Assembly (NCBI RefSeq): GCF_000143415.4
Contig: NW_003314290.1
Coordinates: forward strand, 496,001-560,000
Source of the DNA: Selaginella moellendorffii
Taxonomy: Eukaryota > Plantae > Lycopodiophyta
Direction: 5' to 3'
DNA: 64,000 nucleotides
In this document: one piece after another, positions 1 through 13,100 of the stretch
How the letters are laid out: every line of letters starts with the position of its first letter
How positions within the stretch are numbered: the stretch's first letter is position 1
Notes under the pieces: model-generated
Told to the model about the DNA's origin: nothing
Seen by the model: only the letters and a program-made list of their open reading frames with translations
Database searches by the model: none
Program-made: the position numbers and the translations under genes

Positions 1-593
1 AAAAAGGGGCAATTGCTTGATGAAAGAGCCCTTAATGACTATTTTATTTGAATTTATCCAAAATTCCAACGATCCATGGGTAACAGTATATTCAAATTTC
101 ATCTCATGATCATATGCGCTACACTCACCCCCTAAGCCCTTAATGACTATTTTATTTCCCTAAGCCTTTAATGACTATTTTATTTCCATTTATCCAAAAT
201 TCTAAAGATCCATGGGTAATAGTATATTCAAATTTCATCTCATGATTATATAATCACCCCCCTTTAGAAATGTCAATGTACTCATTGACTATTGGGTACA
301 AAAGGAAGGATTCAATATGTACAATTTTAAATTTTAGGGGTAGAAATATACTTTGCTCAAGGGTATATTATATTTTTAAGTAGCCACTAATCAATGAGAA
401 TCGAACCCATACCATTTGCTCTAATACCACATATAACTCACTTTATCTCTCTCCCCTTAAGCCAACTGGAAAAGGGGCAATTGCTTGATAAAAGAGCCTT
501 TAGTGGCCATTTTATCCCCATTTATCCCCTAAAGTTCCAAGGATTTACAATAACAATATATCCAAATTTTATCTCATGATCACATGCGTTACA
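1..593 (-). mobile_element. TRIM (terminal-repeat retrotransposon in miniature), copy 1, cut by window start
   Basis: About 160-bp LTR at 432-593 (ends ...GCGTTACA) repeated at 1-123, with a partial duplicate at about 134-252. Reverse-complement tRNA-Met PBS (TGCTCTAATACCA) lies just before 432 and reverse-complement PPT (CTCACCCCCT) at 124-133. Same family as 17972-18891 and 21462-22114. Confidence 0.8.
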
Positions 594-650
594 CTTATAT
601 ATAAATGAGCCAAAATAAGATCTATCAACTATTCACCATTTCATCACAAA

Positions 651-2215
651 GAGTGCAAGCCATTCTTGAGTTCACAAAATGAAGATTTAAGCTTATGATT
701 TGAGCTCAATTTTCAATTATAGTATTATATAAACATTATAAAATTCATAAAATTAAGGTTTATAGTGAACCTAATATTTTTACAACTCTACACTTTATAT
801 AGATAAAAAAATTCTGGATGACACTTCTTATCCATGAATTTAAATATTTATTATATGCCATAATAGGGAGGTTCGTTAGAATATAACATAAAATAAGATT
901 TTTTTTTGCACAAAAAGTAACTTTATCACTTTCTTAAATCTATACTATTTGTTCTCAAACTTTTAAATATTATATTTATCATGATTTAAATATTAATAAA
1001 TTTAAAATAAGATTCTTTTATAACTGTTTGAAAGAAAAAAAAATTGTTAATGTAAACTTGTTACATATAAAAGAGAGACTTGGTTCTTTTCTAGAATATA
1101 TTTTTGAGGGGTTTATTATAATATAATGTCTAGAATTTATAGATTTTTATTTATACTCTCATTAAAAGAGAAATATACACAAATATTCATGAATTCTAGT
1201 GTTGGTAATATTAACTTTTGCATGTAAATAACCAAAAGGAATGACTCAAAATATTGTTTATAAAGGTTTAAATATAAAGAGAAAGAGCTCATAACTAAGA
1301 GTATAATTATTTTTCCAATTGGTTAAGAGTCTTGAGATAGTTGGGGTTAAGTGTCTTCAAATTTGAATAGTACTAAATTAAATGACCTCCTAGAAAATAC
1401 AAATATAGGAGCTTACATTTAATATCAAAGAGGTCTCAGATCCAACTTTGGCTAGGAGTTTACATTCTAATTTTTCTTCCCAATGTAGTAATTTAAGGGT
1501 CAGAAGTTGCAATAGCTATTCCATTGCATAATACAATAAAATCATACAAAAGAAAGGAAAAAAGGATAATAAATATAAGTTTAAGATAGATGCAATGACA
1601 AAAGGTATAACAACCTAGGTGTAGGAAAATGTCTTTTTACTTATTTTAGAGAATTGCAAATCCATGACTTTTAAAAAATGCTTTATTTGTTTTTATCTTC
1701 TAGTGGAAATAATGGGAACAATTAGTATAACAATATATATGCTTTCATAACACATTATAATATTCCACCCCAAAAGACTATTATGAAATTTTTTTGAGAT
1801 GGTAAAGATAGAAATAGAGACATATAAGCGTTATGGGCAGTATTCCAAAAGGAAAACTCTCACAAGTATATGAAATGGAAAGTATGTTTTTTAATAAATT
1901 ATATGAAGTATAAACATTTTATATTATTAGTTGAAAATAAACATCAATACTCTTGAAAAATTTAATTAGCTCCAAAAGTCTTTTATAATTTAGCAATAGT
2001 AAGGATTGCATGATGTATATGAATATGCACTTTAAAATTCTAGTATAAGGTGTTGATAAAGATCTAATATATATGTTTATAAGGAGCATATGCCTTCCTA
2101 TATTCCTTATGCTTGGTAGTTTAAATATATAAAAGAAGGAAACTCTTGAATAACAATTATGTACTTTCCACCTTTTATTTTGACTATATACTTATTTGTA
2201 AATGTAGTAATATAC
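651..2215 (-). mobile_element. Mutator-like (MULE) element, degenerate terminal part, copy 1
   Basis: Terminus GAGTGCAAGCCATTCTTGAGTTCAC aligns with the reverse complement of the terminus at about 24260-24314. 1593-2215 is colinear with 9411-10010, which continues into a MULE transposase relic. Interrupted at 2216 by an LTR end. Confidence 0.6.
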
Positions 2216-3407
2216 TATAAGTGACTAAATTTTCCATTCTACTTTAGCTCAGACTTGGACTCAGACTTGGACTCGAACTCAGACTTGGACTCGGACTCGA
2301 ACTTAGCCTCGGTCTTGGTCTCAGTCCCGATCTCAATTTCAGTTTCAGTCTCGGTCCCGGTCTCGGTCTCGACCTCGGACTCCATCTCAGGTCCTTCTCG
2401 GACTCCATCTCAGATTCCATCTCGGGTCCATCTCGGACTCCATCTTGGGTCCATCTCGAACTCCATCTCGGACTCCATCTTGGGTCCATCTCGGACTCTA
2501 TCTCAGGTCCATCTCGGACTTCATCTCGGACTCCGTCTCGGTCCATCTCGGACTCCATCTCGGACTCCGTCTCGGTCCATCTTGAACTCCATCTCGGACT
2601 CCATCTCGGTCCATCTCGAACTCCATCTCGGACTCCATCTCAGACTCCGTCTCGGTTCATCTCGGACACTTTCACGTGTCATGTGTTGGTCCTTTTAGGT
2701 TCATTTTTAGAGCCTCGCTTATTGCTCGCTTCGTGCTTATTCCTCGAGCACTTTGTTGGGAGTTCCACTCCCACTCTTGACCTTTTAAGTCAGAGCTTTT
2801 AGTCCAAACGTGTTATGTTCGTTTGGCTTTCGCTTTGGCCACTACCACGTGGCGCCCTTCCGGCTCCATTTTGGGGCCTTGGGATTTTGTGTCTCACATA
2901 GTCCTTTTATGTAGTGATTAAAGATACAGTCACATGGTGAGGAAGTCCTAGAAGTCAGTGGGACTTAATGGTTGGGCCCTTAAGCCTTGACCCAATAACA
3001 GTGTTAGCAAGCATGGTCATGGATAAGGACTTGGTGGGAATTGAAGAAAGGACATTAGGAAGAGTGTTCCCTTTGTCTTCAAACATTTTAAAGATGCTAA
3101 GGTGTGGTCATGGGATGACCTCATGGACAAATAACCCAGTCTTTGAGAGATAAGACTGTGATGTAGGTGGTGTTAGACCACCAATGTGACAAAAGTGAAT
3201 GGGCATAGCCTTAGCGTATTAAGTTGATATATCGATAATACCTTTGGGTCAGTCATGGGATTAGACACGTGGAGCACTAGGACCAAATGCAAAGGTTGAA
3301 TGGCATAAATGCCAATTTTCGGGGCTAACATATCCCCAAGTTGGGAATAATATTTATGAAGGTGATAAGTGAGATTCTTCCATGTGGTCAAAGGTGGGAT
3401 TAAATAA
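2216..3407. mobile_element. Older family-A LTR fragment split by an inversion (2216-2247 and 2899-3407)
   Basis: 2216-2247 (TATAAGTGACTAAATTTTCCATTCTACTTTAG) is the reverse complement of the LTR-A 3' end. Its direct continuation is the reverse complement of 2899-3407. Confidence 0.75.
2248..2665. repeat. LTR-internal tandem array (6-bp GGACTC units grading into 10-12-bp GGACTCCATCTC units)
   Basis: Directly visible periodicity; explains the low-complexity ORFs 2244-2558 and 2255-2698. Confidence 0.9.
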
Positions 3408-6400
3408 TCTGAGAGGGTGAAAGCCCAAAGTGTTTGTCTCCCAGACCCTTGGGGGTTTGGTGAGCTCCAAAAGTATAGTGAGGGGGAGGACTGTAGTGGA
3501 GCCAGTTTGACTAGGAAAGGCTAGTTTGGCCCAGGAAGGCTGTACCCAGTGTTGGGTGATGAGCTGCCCACTGGGAGGTCCAAGACTAGAGTAAACATGG
3601 ACTAACAAGCAGGGTAGCTTGGTGAAGTGTTCAAGAGTCGGCTCTAGTTCCCCCGGGAGATTGACTGGCCGATGCTCTTAGTCCAAGTGTGGGTGGCACT
3701 ACCTACTTGGATACCTGGTGTGGCTTAACGAAACCTCGCTCTAAGCCCACGACTAGAGCACCCAAAGGCGGAAGGCGGGGAGAGTACCCACGAGGCTTGT
3801 GTAAGGCCACAGTGTTTCGAAATGTTGCCCCAAGGTCCCAGACTATGAAAAGGAAGAGGAGCTGCCCCATAGTGTAGAGACCAAGGACACGGTCATGTGA
3901 GGAGGAAGTCCCAGAGGACCATGGGACTTAGTGGTCGGGCCTGTGGGCCTTGATCCAGTGGCAATGTTGGCGAACACGGCCATGGGCAGAAAGGGACTTG
4001 GTAGGGACCGGAAAGGGGATATTGGGGAAGGCTATTCCCCATGTCTATGGGCATCCTAAGGATGCTAAGGAGTGGATTTGGGATGATCACTCATGGACGG
4101 ATAGCCTAGTCTTTGAGAGACGAGACTGTGATGTAGGTGGTGTCAGACCACCGATGTGACCAAGATGAATGGGCATGGCCTTAGCGTAATGGGCTGATAT
4201 GTCGGTAGTACCTTGGGGTGTCAATCATGGGATCGGACACGTGGAGCACTTGGACCAAGTGCAAAAGTTGAATGGCGGGGATGCCATTCTTGAGGCTAAC
4301 AAGCCCAAGTCCAAAATAGGACTTATGGAGGTTGTGAGTGAGACTCCTTCATGTGGTCGGAGGTGTGGTTAAGTGACTAAAGTAGAATGGAAAAATTAGT
4401 TGCTTACAATTTAATATTGGAGCTGTTCTTTAATTCTACTTTTATTGGTGCTCAAGTATATCACCATTGATATTGGCATTGGAAGGTCCTAGGAGTGGGC
4501 CTATCCTTGAGGAGTAGCATGTTGAGAGGACATGGCTCTCCACTCAAGTTCATGCATGAACTTGGGTGCGATGTCGTGGATAGAAAAGGGGCCAGTAAGG
4601 GAACGACTTTGGGATCTTAGGAACAGTATAAAGGTTTCCTCAAAAAGTTGAGGATGTGATCCAGATGAGTGTTTGACATAGCCAACTGGCTAATGTAATT
4701 GTGGTAAACAACTATAGTTGGGATCATGGGAAAGATAGAGACTCCAAGGCAATAAAGGAGTCACAAAATTATCCTCATATAGTTGAGGTTGGTGCTCATG
4801 AATGTGAGATCAGAAGTAATGACCGCAAGAGGTCAAATACGGAAAAAGACACAAGTCCTTGAAATGGTAGCCGGAGCTACCTCTAATAAATGCTGGAACA
4901 ACCGAAGGAGTTGGGGGTGCACTCAGAGGATGAGTTGGTATTCTTATCACATGGACAAGTGCCTAAGGGGCAAAAGGTTACCCCAAGAGAACAAATCAAG
5001 TGTCGGAGTAACACTTGCAAAAATGGTCCTTGTGAGTAGGACTTGAATACAAGAAGTTGTATTCGAGCAAACTGGCACCTCAAAAGTAGGACCTCATGGG
5101 TCGTCGGATGACAAAGTCCAAAAAAGCTGAATGACTCAAATAGAGTCAAGGAATAATCCTAAAGGATTGATGGAAGCATTTGGACTTAGGTGTCTTGTAC
5201 CTCACGAAGGATGGGGGGGATCATAAGATCCAAAGATGAAAATAAAGGGTATCTCATCAATGGCAGAATGTGCCATACTAAAGTCATGAGAAAGGTGTTC
5301 CCCAAAAAAAGAGAGCAACTTTGGCATGGAGTTGAGTGTAAACACTATAGTGTAGTGCTAACTGATAGTTGGCATGAAAAATGATTGTTTTGGTCTTGGC
5401 AAAGACCTAAACACAAGTAAGAAGTGTCATAGAGGTAGGTTTGTGGAGCCGTTGGTGTGGAGACACCAAATGTGCCAAAGTGAGATACCTTGAGGTTATA
5501 TTGATAGGTTCATGGGAACCCTTTGCCAAGGGAATGGCATAACCTAAGTTGGAAGGCATGTGGTTGGAGTGTGGTGACCAAAATAATGATGGAGGTGTGG
5601 AAGCACTAAACAATGAGTTGTAGGATTTGACAACTATGGGGCAACTAAGCAAGAGGTGCAAAATAATTGGTTAAATGAGTAAAAGGTAATTACCCAAGAC
5701 TTTTTGATGGCATGAGGAAGTTAAATATACCCTTAGAGGGGATAAATTGCTTATGTTACGATATAGGGAGTCAATGTCGAAAAAAGAAATACTTATTATC
5801 AAGGAGACCATCATTGGGACACCTAAACACTCTAGAACACCAGGAGGTGGTGTTTAGTGTCGCAAGGGCAATAAATAAAGCCCAAGGGACTAAATCCCTA
5901 GCGAATGATGGATAGGAGATGCCATCTAAACGTCCAAGGTTGTGAAGACGGAAAGAATCTATCTATCCGATTTGGACAAAGCCAAAAATGAGATTTTGGC
6001 TAGGCTAGTGATGGGCATATCGAGGCCTATAAGTAGCAATGGTAATCCCGGTATATGGGATTATAAAGTGAGCATGCCTAGATTGAGGAACCACTCCCTA
6101 AGCTATCGGGTAGGTTTATCCCTATGAATACTTGCTAAAGCATGGTAGAAGGTGCAAAGCTATCCTCCTAATCTAGAGGAGAATAACCAAAGGAAACATA
6201 TGAGGCTAAAAGGCAAGTAGTATTGGGATGAAATTGAACCATAAAAACCGAAGGGCATAACCAACGGTGGTTATGCAAGTTGGGAGTGGAGAATCAAGAG
6301 GGTGCTCAAGGATATTGCTACTAACAATCGTGATGCCATAAAGAGTCTAAAATGTGGAATTATCTATTAGACCATATGGTGAGTAGGGAGCTTGCGAAGG

Positions 6401-8675
6401 AGAAGCCTTTGCAAACTAAAGAACAAAGTTCCTTGAAGGTTCCAGAAGATAATTTTAGGTAGATAAGTACTTAGAAAGCTAAGTGTAAATAGTTCTTAGA
6501 GCACGCGAAATCAGAGTGGCACAACAGAAGTGTGGTCTTGAAGCTAGCTATGAGGCGAGGCTATCAAGGTTGGGGAAGTAGTTCCCAAGTGTTCAAAGAG
6601 AGGGTTTTGAACAAAAATCAATGGTCAAGGACTTTCACGCTTATGCATGAACCATATCACGGTGGCCGGATGACTTGCTAAGCGAGATTGGCGAGTCAGG
6701 GGAACAAATCCCCTAGTTGAAGGTGCTAACTTCAAAAGGGGTGGCCCATGGGGCCGAGCATGGAGGAGTCCATGCATGATCACAAACTTGTCAAGTGAGA
6801 GGATTTGGCAGTGCAGAGGAACTAGGTTCCTAAGCTGTGATCTATAGCGCGCTTTAACTATAAGTTGGTGCATCAGCGTGGGGAATCATGCCAGGCATCC
6901 TGTGCGATGCCATCTGTAGATGCATATGCAGAGGTTGGGTTCAAGTCCTGACCCTCTAGTGCTTGGGTTCGAGTCCTAAATCACTAGGGTGTGGTGATAG
7001 TTTGGAATATGAGGACATTCATTTTTCGGTGGTCATGGACTTTCAGTGAGGAGACTGGTTTGGGCACACTACCAAGCGAGGGATGCCTCGGAGTCGTGAT
7101 GCACGGTTAGATTACTTAGTGTGGCTCGGCATATCTAACTTGAACACTTGGTGCGAGTGGCACCAAGGACATGGTGAATGAGATGGGGACACTCAGTCTT
7201 AGTTGTTATGGACCCTTGGCCAAAAGGGCTGGCTTGGGTGCACCGCAAGTGTGGGGGATGCCCCCAGGGTTATAGTCAACAACTTAAAGGTCTAGAAGAC
7301 TTAATACCTATTGGCAAACTTGTTAAGGTGCCAAAGTTAGATCACTATGTGGTCTTATGGCTAAACCAAGGACAAGGTCCTTGTGAGGTTAAGGGATAAA
7401 GTTCCTAGTTCAAAAGTGTTGATTTGAACTATTGATGATGGTGTGGCTTAGTCAAGGTGACCAAGTGGGAAGAACACCCAAGGGAAGTGAGCTATGTCAA
7501 TACGATGGCATAGTAAGTCCAACGAAAGTAGTCTCTATAAGAGATCCAAGGGAAGGTTTCAAAAGTTAGGCCGTGGATAGAGCCCACAGCAGAAAATGTT
7601 AAAAAGACGTACTAGGGGTGAACACCCCTTGGACTTGGCAAAGCAAAATGTTTGTTATTGAACCGAAAGGAAACCTCGAAAATGGAGGTAATAATTATAT
7701 GTTATTAGGTGCAACAATCAAGGATAGGAGTAAAAAACTAGTGGCTAAGAAAAAAGCCATGGGAATCATGGGAAAGAATCCAAATGGCAAAGTTAGGCCA
7801 AAAACACTAATATGTTGGGTGCTGGAAAGGCAATGTTCCCCAAGGATGGATTTCCGACAACTCTAATTTGGCAAAAGTGGATGCTCCAAAAGGGGGAGCA
7901 ATGAGGTAGCCAAATGATAGGGCCATGGATAGCCCTAGCACAAAGTATGATAACTGAAACTTAGTGCCCAAGGTGGCACGAAATAGCAGAGAGGATGATG
8001 GTGCCCTTAAGTAGAGAATTTTCTAGGATGGGGAAATGGAGTTACATAATATGTGCAATGCAAAGTGTTGGAGACACCTAAGAAATTGACTTCAAAAAGT
8101 CAAAAAGTAAAGTTCCAAAGTGCAAACATTCAATCAATGGAAATTGAGACTATTCAAGAAAAAGTAGTGGGATTGAGATATAGACGGTGTCTCTAAGAGG
8201 TTTAGCGAGAACTAAACCAATAAAAGGAGAGAACCACTATAAGTGGTCCAATCAATCTCTAAGTTGGAAAGATTACCCTCCTTAAAGGATGGGTAAGACA
8301 CGATGAGCCTTCAGTATCAAACCATTAACGAATATTGGCGAGGTGTCAAGAATGGAAAGGGTAATACATGTTAATATTACTTTATAAAATAGTTTATTGT
8401 TCGATAAGGACATCAAACTTTGTCTATGGGTGGTGGAGTTGTGAGACACAAAATCCCTAGGCCCCAAAATGGAGCCGGAAGGGCGCCACGTGGTAGTGGC
8501 CAAAGCGAAAGCCAAATGAGCATAACACGTTTAGACTAAAAGCTCCGACTTGAAAGGTCGAGAGCGGGAATGGAACTTACAACAAAGTGTTCGAGGAATG
8601 AGCACGAAGCGAGCAATAAGCGGGGCTCTAAAAAGGGACCTAAAATGACCAACACATGACATGTGGAAGTGTCTG

Positions 8676-9078
8676 AGATGAACCAAGACGGAGTCCGAGA
8701 TGGAGTTCAAGATTGACCAAGATGGAGTCCAAGATGGATCGAGACGGAGTCTGAGATGGAGTCCGAGATGGAGTCCGAGATGGACCGAGACGGAGTTCGA
8801 GATGGAGTCCGAGATGGACCCGAGATGGAGTTCGAGATGGACCCAAAATGGAGTCCAAGATGGAGTCCGAGATGGACCCAAGATGGAGTCCGAGATAGAG
8901 TCCGAGATGGACCCGAGATGGAATCCAAAATGGAGTCTGAGAAGGACCTGAGATGGAGTTTGAGGTCGAGACCAAAACCGGGACCGAGACCAGGACCAAG
9001 ACTGAGACCGAGACCGAGATTGGGACTGAGGCCAAGGCCGAGTCCGAGTTCGAGTTCGAGTCCGAGTCTGAGTCTGAG
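8676..9078. repeat. LTR-internal tandem array (GAGATGGAGTCC / GAGTCC units), 3' LTR copy
   Basis: Reverse complement of the 2248-2665 array, with slightly different unit number and order. Confidence 0.9.
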
Positions 9079-9410
9079 AGGGTGAAAGCCCAAAGCATTC
9101 GTCTCCCAGACCCTAGGGGGTTTGGTGAGCTCCAAAAGTATAGTGAGGGGGAGGACTGTAGTGGAGCCAGTTTGGCCAGGAAAGGCCAGTTTGGCTCAGG
9201 AAGGCTGTACCTAGTGTTGGGTGATGAGCTGCCCACTGGGAGGTCCAAGACTAGAGTGAACATGAACCGACAAGCAGGGTGGCTTGGTGAAGTGTTCAAG
9301 AGCCGGCTCTAGTTCCCCCGAGAGATCGACTGGCCGATGCTCCCAGTCTAAGTATGGGTGGCACTACCTACTTGGATACCTGGTGTGGCTCAATGGAACC
9401 TCGCTCTAAG

Positions 9411-11945
9411 CAATGATAGAGGGTATAACGAAAAAGCTCTCCTACTTATTTTAGAAAATTCCAATTTTATGACTTTCAAGAAATGCTTTTTATATTTATT
9501 GGCTTTAGTGAAAACAAGGTGACAATCAGTATAATAGTACATATACTCTTGTGATACACTACAACATCATGCACTTGAAAGACTACCATGAAATATTTTT
9601 TGAGATGGTAAAAACAGAAATAGAGATACAAAGTATTATGAGCAATATTATGAAAAAAAACACTCCTAAGTATATCAAATAAAAAGTATGTTATTTTTAT
9701 TAATTATATAAATTATAATAAGTTTATATTATTGATAGAGAATAAACATAAATAATCTTGGAAATTCTAGTTAGCTCCAAAAGTTTTATATGATTCAACA
9801 ATACTAAGGCTTGTATGGTGTATATGATTGTCCATTTTAGGTTCTTGGTGTAAGGTGTTGATGAAGATGCAGTACATATGCTTGTAAGAAGCATATACCT
9901 TCTTATATTCCTTGCACTTCGTAAAATCTAGACATATGAAGGTCTTGAATGATAATTGTATACTCTCTACCTTCTATTTAACTATTTACTCTTTTGCAAG
10001 TGCAATGATGTATTTCATGAAGAGTATCTCACACTTAAGCATTTGTGCTAAGCTTATTTTACCCTACTCTACTTGAAAATAGTACTAACAAATTTAATTG
10101 CCTTACTTTTTCTTACTAGCCTTCTATGTATCTCTTTAAATATAATGCTAATTTTGTCACTCATGTTTCCAACTTTCCTCCTCTCAAAATTGAAACTAAA
10201 TTTCTCAAAGTTTTCAATCTCATCCAAGGTGAGTGAAACCCCACTAGTAATTCTTTAGGTATTGCATTAGATTTGTCACTATAGTGTCTTTAAACCATTT
10301 TGTATGGTTGGCATCGGTGTTGCAATAATATAGCTAGTATCATTTCGAAAATCCTTCTTGCTTTCATTCCCATGGAAATATGAGGTTGGAATAAAAACAA
10401 ATTTATCACTATGGATTTAAGCCCAACATTTGCCCTTTAGAAGCATCCCCACACACCTTATATTAGATTTTATTGGCATATAGTAGATTGCTTATTACTT
10501 CAAGTCTATGTTATGGTAAGTGATTTTAACATATTATGATGCACTCTCTTCATCAACCACATGAGGTGGCTCAGTCCAAGGCCATTGTTTAGTACTCAAC
10601 ATTAAGTTTGTGAGAACTTTTTTCTCCAAAGTTTATACTAACATCTTCACTAGCAAAGGAAAAACAATGCTTTGAGTGGATGAGCCTTTTTATCACAATT
10701 AAAAGCCTAGGGAGTGTACTCCATAGATGTGCCATAAACCACTTCTTCCACTACAGCTGCTACTATTCATGCAATGGAGTACTTTCTTCTTCATCCGATC
10801 TTATAAAATCTCAATAAAAGGCTTTGTTCTTATATATCTTCCCTCCTAAAATGTTAAAACTTTTGAAGACTACTCTGTAGCACATATCAAATTCAATAGA
10901 TATGTTTTATATAAATTTAGCTTCCCGTTCCTTATAGAGGAACATTAACTCCAATATTTACTCTCAGAGAGATTCATAGTTAGGGTGTATATGAAATCCT
11001 TAAGTGTTTAGTCATAATGAAAAAGATGCTATTAAAAGGTAATGAAAAGAAAAGAAAAAAATGAAACCAACATAAAAAGAATGATATCCCCACTGAAACA
11101 TTTTAACTTCCCACCACCCTAACCATAACTCAAGTTGTGGTAGACAACTTGCATCTGTATACCCATCTTCATGCCACCACAATTGAATTTCGTTTGCTTT
11201 TGCCTCGTGTTCTTCTTCAAAAGGTGCAACCTAGCATTATTTGCATAACTCCTTAAACATTAACTAGAAATTTAGTTTGATAAGGTGGTAGTGCTAATTT
11301 AGGATTTTTTCTAAATTAAGTTCTTTCACAACCTTTGAGGGGTTAACCATTTCTAAAAAACTTGCCCAAACACTATTCTAATTAGCCCCAACCCCATCTA
11401 ATATGAAACCATAAAAGCTACTAAGCTTACTAGTCCACTTTAGCATAATATTGGAGAAGGACTTCCAAAATATTTCCTAAGCCATCTAGTCTTGTGTTTT
11501 GCAATTGTGAAGTTGGAATATAGCCTGTGAAAAGGGTAAAATTTACAACCATTTTAAAATAGTGAGAAAAATAACTACCTCAAATCATACACATGAGCTC
11601 CTATGGTTGTTCAACTTAATATCAGCTCTATATGTTCATGTTCAAAATGTACATATGTATTAACAATGTCATTTAACCCAAACATATCCATTCGAGAAAC
11701 AAGATTTACACCAAAGGCAAAGCCCATGGTAGACATCTTGAGGACAAAAGGGTGCTCCTACTTATTAATGACTTGATCTTGAAATAAACTCTTGTGAATA
11801 AACTCATAGGGATAGATCCATTTTATTTCAAGGATAGAATCAATTTTTTACTGCAATTTCCCCTCTCGAGATTCACGCATCTAAGATTTTATCCTAAATA
11901 ACACAAAACATAAAAAAGATATTATTGTAAAGTACATAGTATTAT
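9411..11945 (-). pseudogene. MULE (Mutator-type DDE) transposase relic with intron, copy 2
   Basis: Minus-strand translation gives YVHFEH..TTIGAHVYD (first-D region), a GT..AG intron at about 11525-11578, IFWKSF...FYGFILDGVGAN (second D), LELWLGWW and MNLSES (catalytic-E region). Many stops and frameshifts. Confidence 0.6.
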
Positions 11946-11949
11946 TTTC

Positions 11950-13100
11950 CTACCTCCTGAGGCTAATCTCAGGTTGCACACATCATAGTAAGTCCCATAA
12001 ATTAGTCTTGTCTAATTGAGTTTTTTTGCAGCCTAGATAGAATAGGGTGCTTATAATAAAATTCTTGAGCACCATCTTTTGAACATGCTTTGGAGTTGCA
12101 AAAGAATTTCTCACTATCTGTATTCACACAACATTAGTATACTTTTTATAATTAATAAAAAAACATATTTTTTATTTGATATACTTGCAAATGTTTTTTT
12201 TGCAATATTATCTGTAATACTAGTGTGTCTCCATTTCTATCTTTACCATTTTAATAAATATTTCATAGTAGTCTTTTAGAGGCATGATGTTGCAATATGT
12301 TGCAATAGTATATATACCATCATATTGTCCACTAGAAGCTAAAAACAAATAGAGAATTTTTTAAAAGTCACAGAATTACAGTTTTTTAAAATAAGTAGGG
12401 ACATTTTTTTACACCCAATTTATTACACCCTTTGTCATTGCATTTTTTCCAACTTATGATTGATATGCTCGCTATCTTTTCTTTCTTTCTCTTGTGTGGT
12501 TTCGTTATGTTATGCAATAAGACCACTATTACAACTTTTAACCCTTGAATTATTACCTTAGAAAAAAAGATTGCAAAAGTTAAAATTACTAACACTAAAA
12601 CTAATAAACATTTGTGTATATTTTCCTCTTTTCAAATGAGAATGTAAATGAAGATATATAAATTGTAGACATTATACTATGACAAACCTCTCAAGAATGT
12701 ATTTTAGAAAATGAATCAAATCTCTTTTTTATATGCAACAAGCTTATATCAATGGTTGTTTTTTTTTCCTTTCAAATGGTTATATAACCTTACAAAGAAT
12801 CTTATTTCAAATTTAATAATTTTAAATTCTGATAAATCTGACATTTAGTAGCTAGAAAGCACAGAATATGGATTTAAAGAAATGACAGGATTAATTTTTC
12901 TGCAAATAAATCTTTTGTTCAACAATTTAAATACTTACTATATGCCATAGTAGGGATGTTCATTGTCCTTTAGAACATATTTTAGAACATATTTTACCTA
13001 TATAATATAGTTAAGTTTTCAATAAACCTTAATTTTTTAAAAATTTATATTATTTGTATTATACTACAATTGAAAATTAAACTCAACTCACAACTCATGA
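11950..13100 (+). mobile_element. MULE terminal fragment, copy 3 (opposite orientation to copy 2)
   Basis: Reverse-complement homologue of about 700-1950 and of 9411-9800; ends in a degenerate TTGAAAATTAAACTCAACTC terminus. Confidence 0.55.

Larger units (their letters stand above)
2248..9410 (+). mobile_element. LTR retrotransposon family A, degenerate and probably non-autonomous; 5' LTR rearranged, 3' LTR truncated
   Basis: 5' LTR = inverted 2248-2898 plus 3408-4408 (ends ...GCTTACA), followed by a degenerate Met-PBS (ATTTAATATTGGAGC). PPT-like GGGTGGTGGAGT at 8428-8439. 3' LTR starts TGTGAGACAC at 8440 and is cut at 9410. I could not recognise gag/pol motifs on + in 4409-8439. Confidence 0.8.

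Noticed and set aside
2244-2698. Long ORFs on both strands (also 8531-9312 and 30344-30949) and a superficially CRISPR-like repeat
   Set aside because: Products of the stop-poor LTR tandem array; there are no unique spacers and no cas genes, and the context is eukaryotic.
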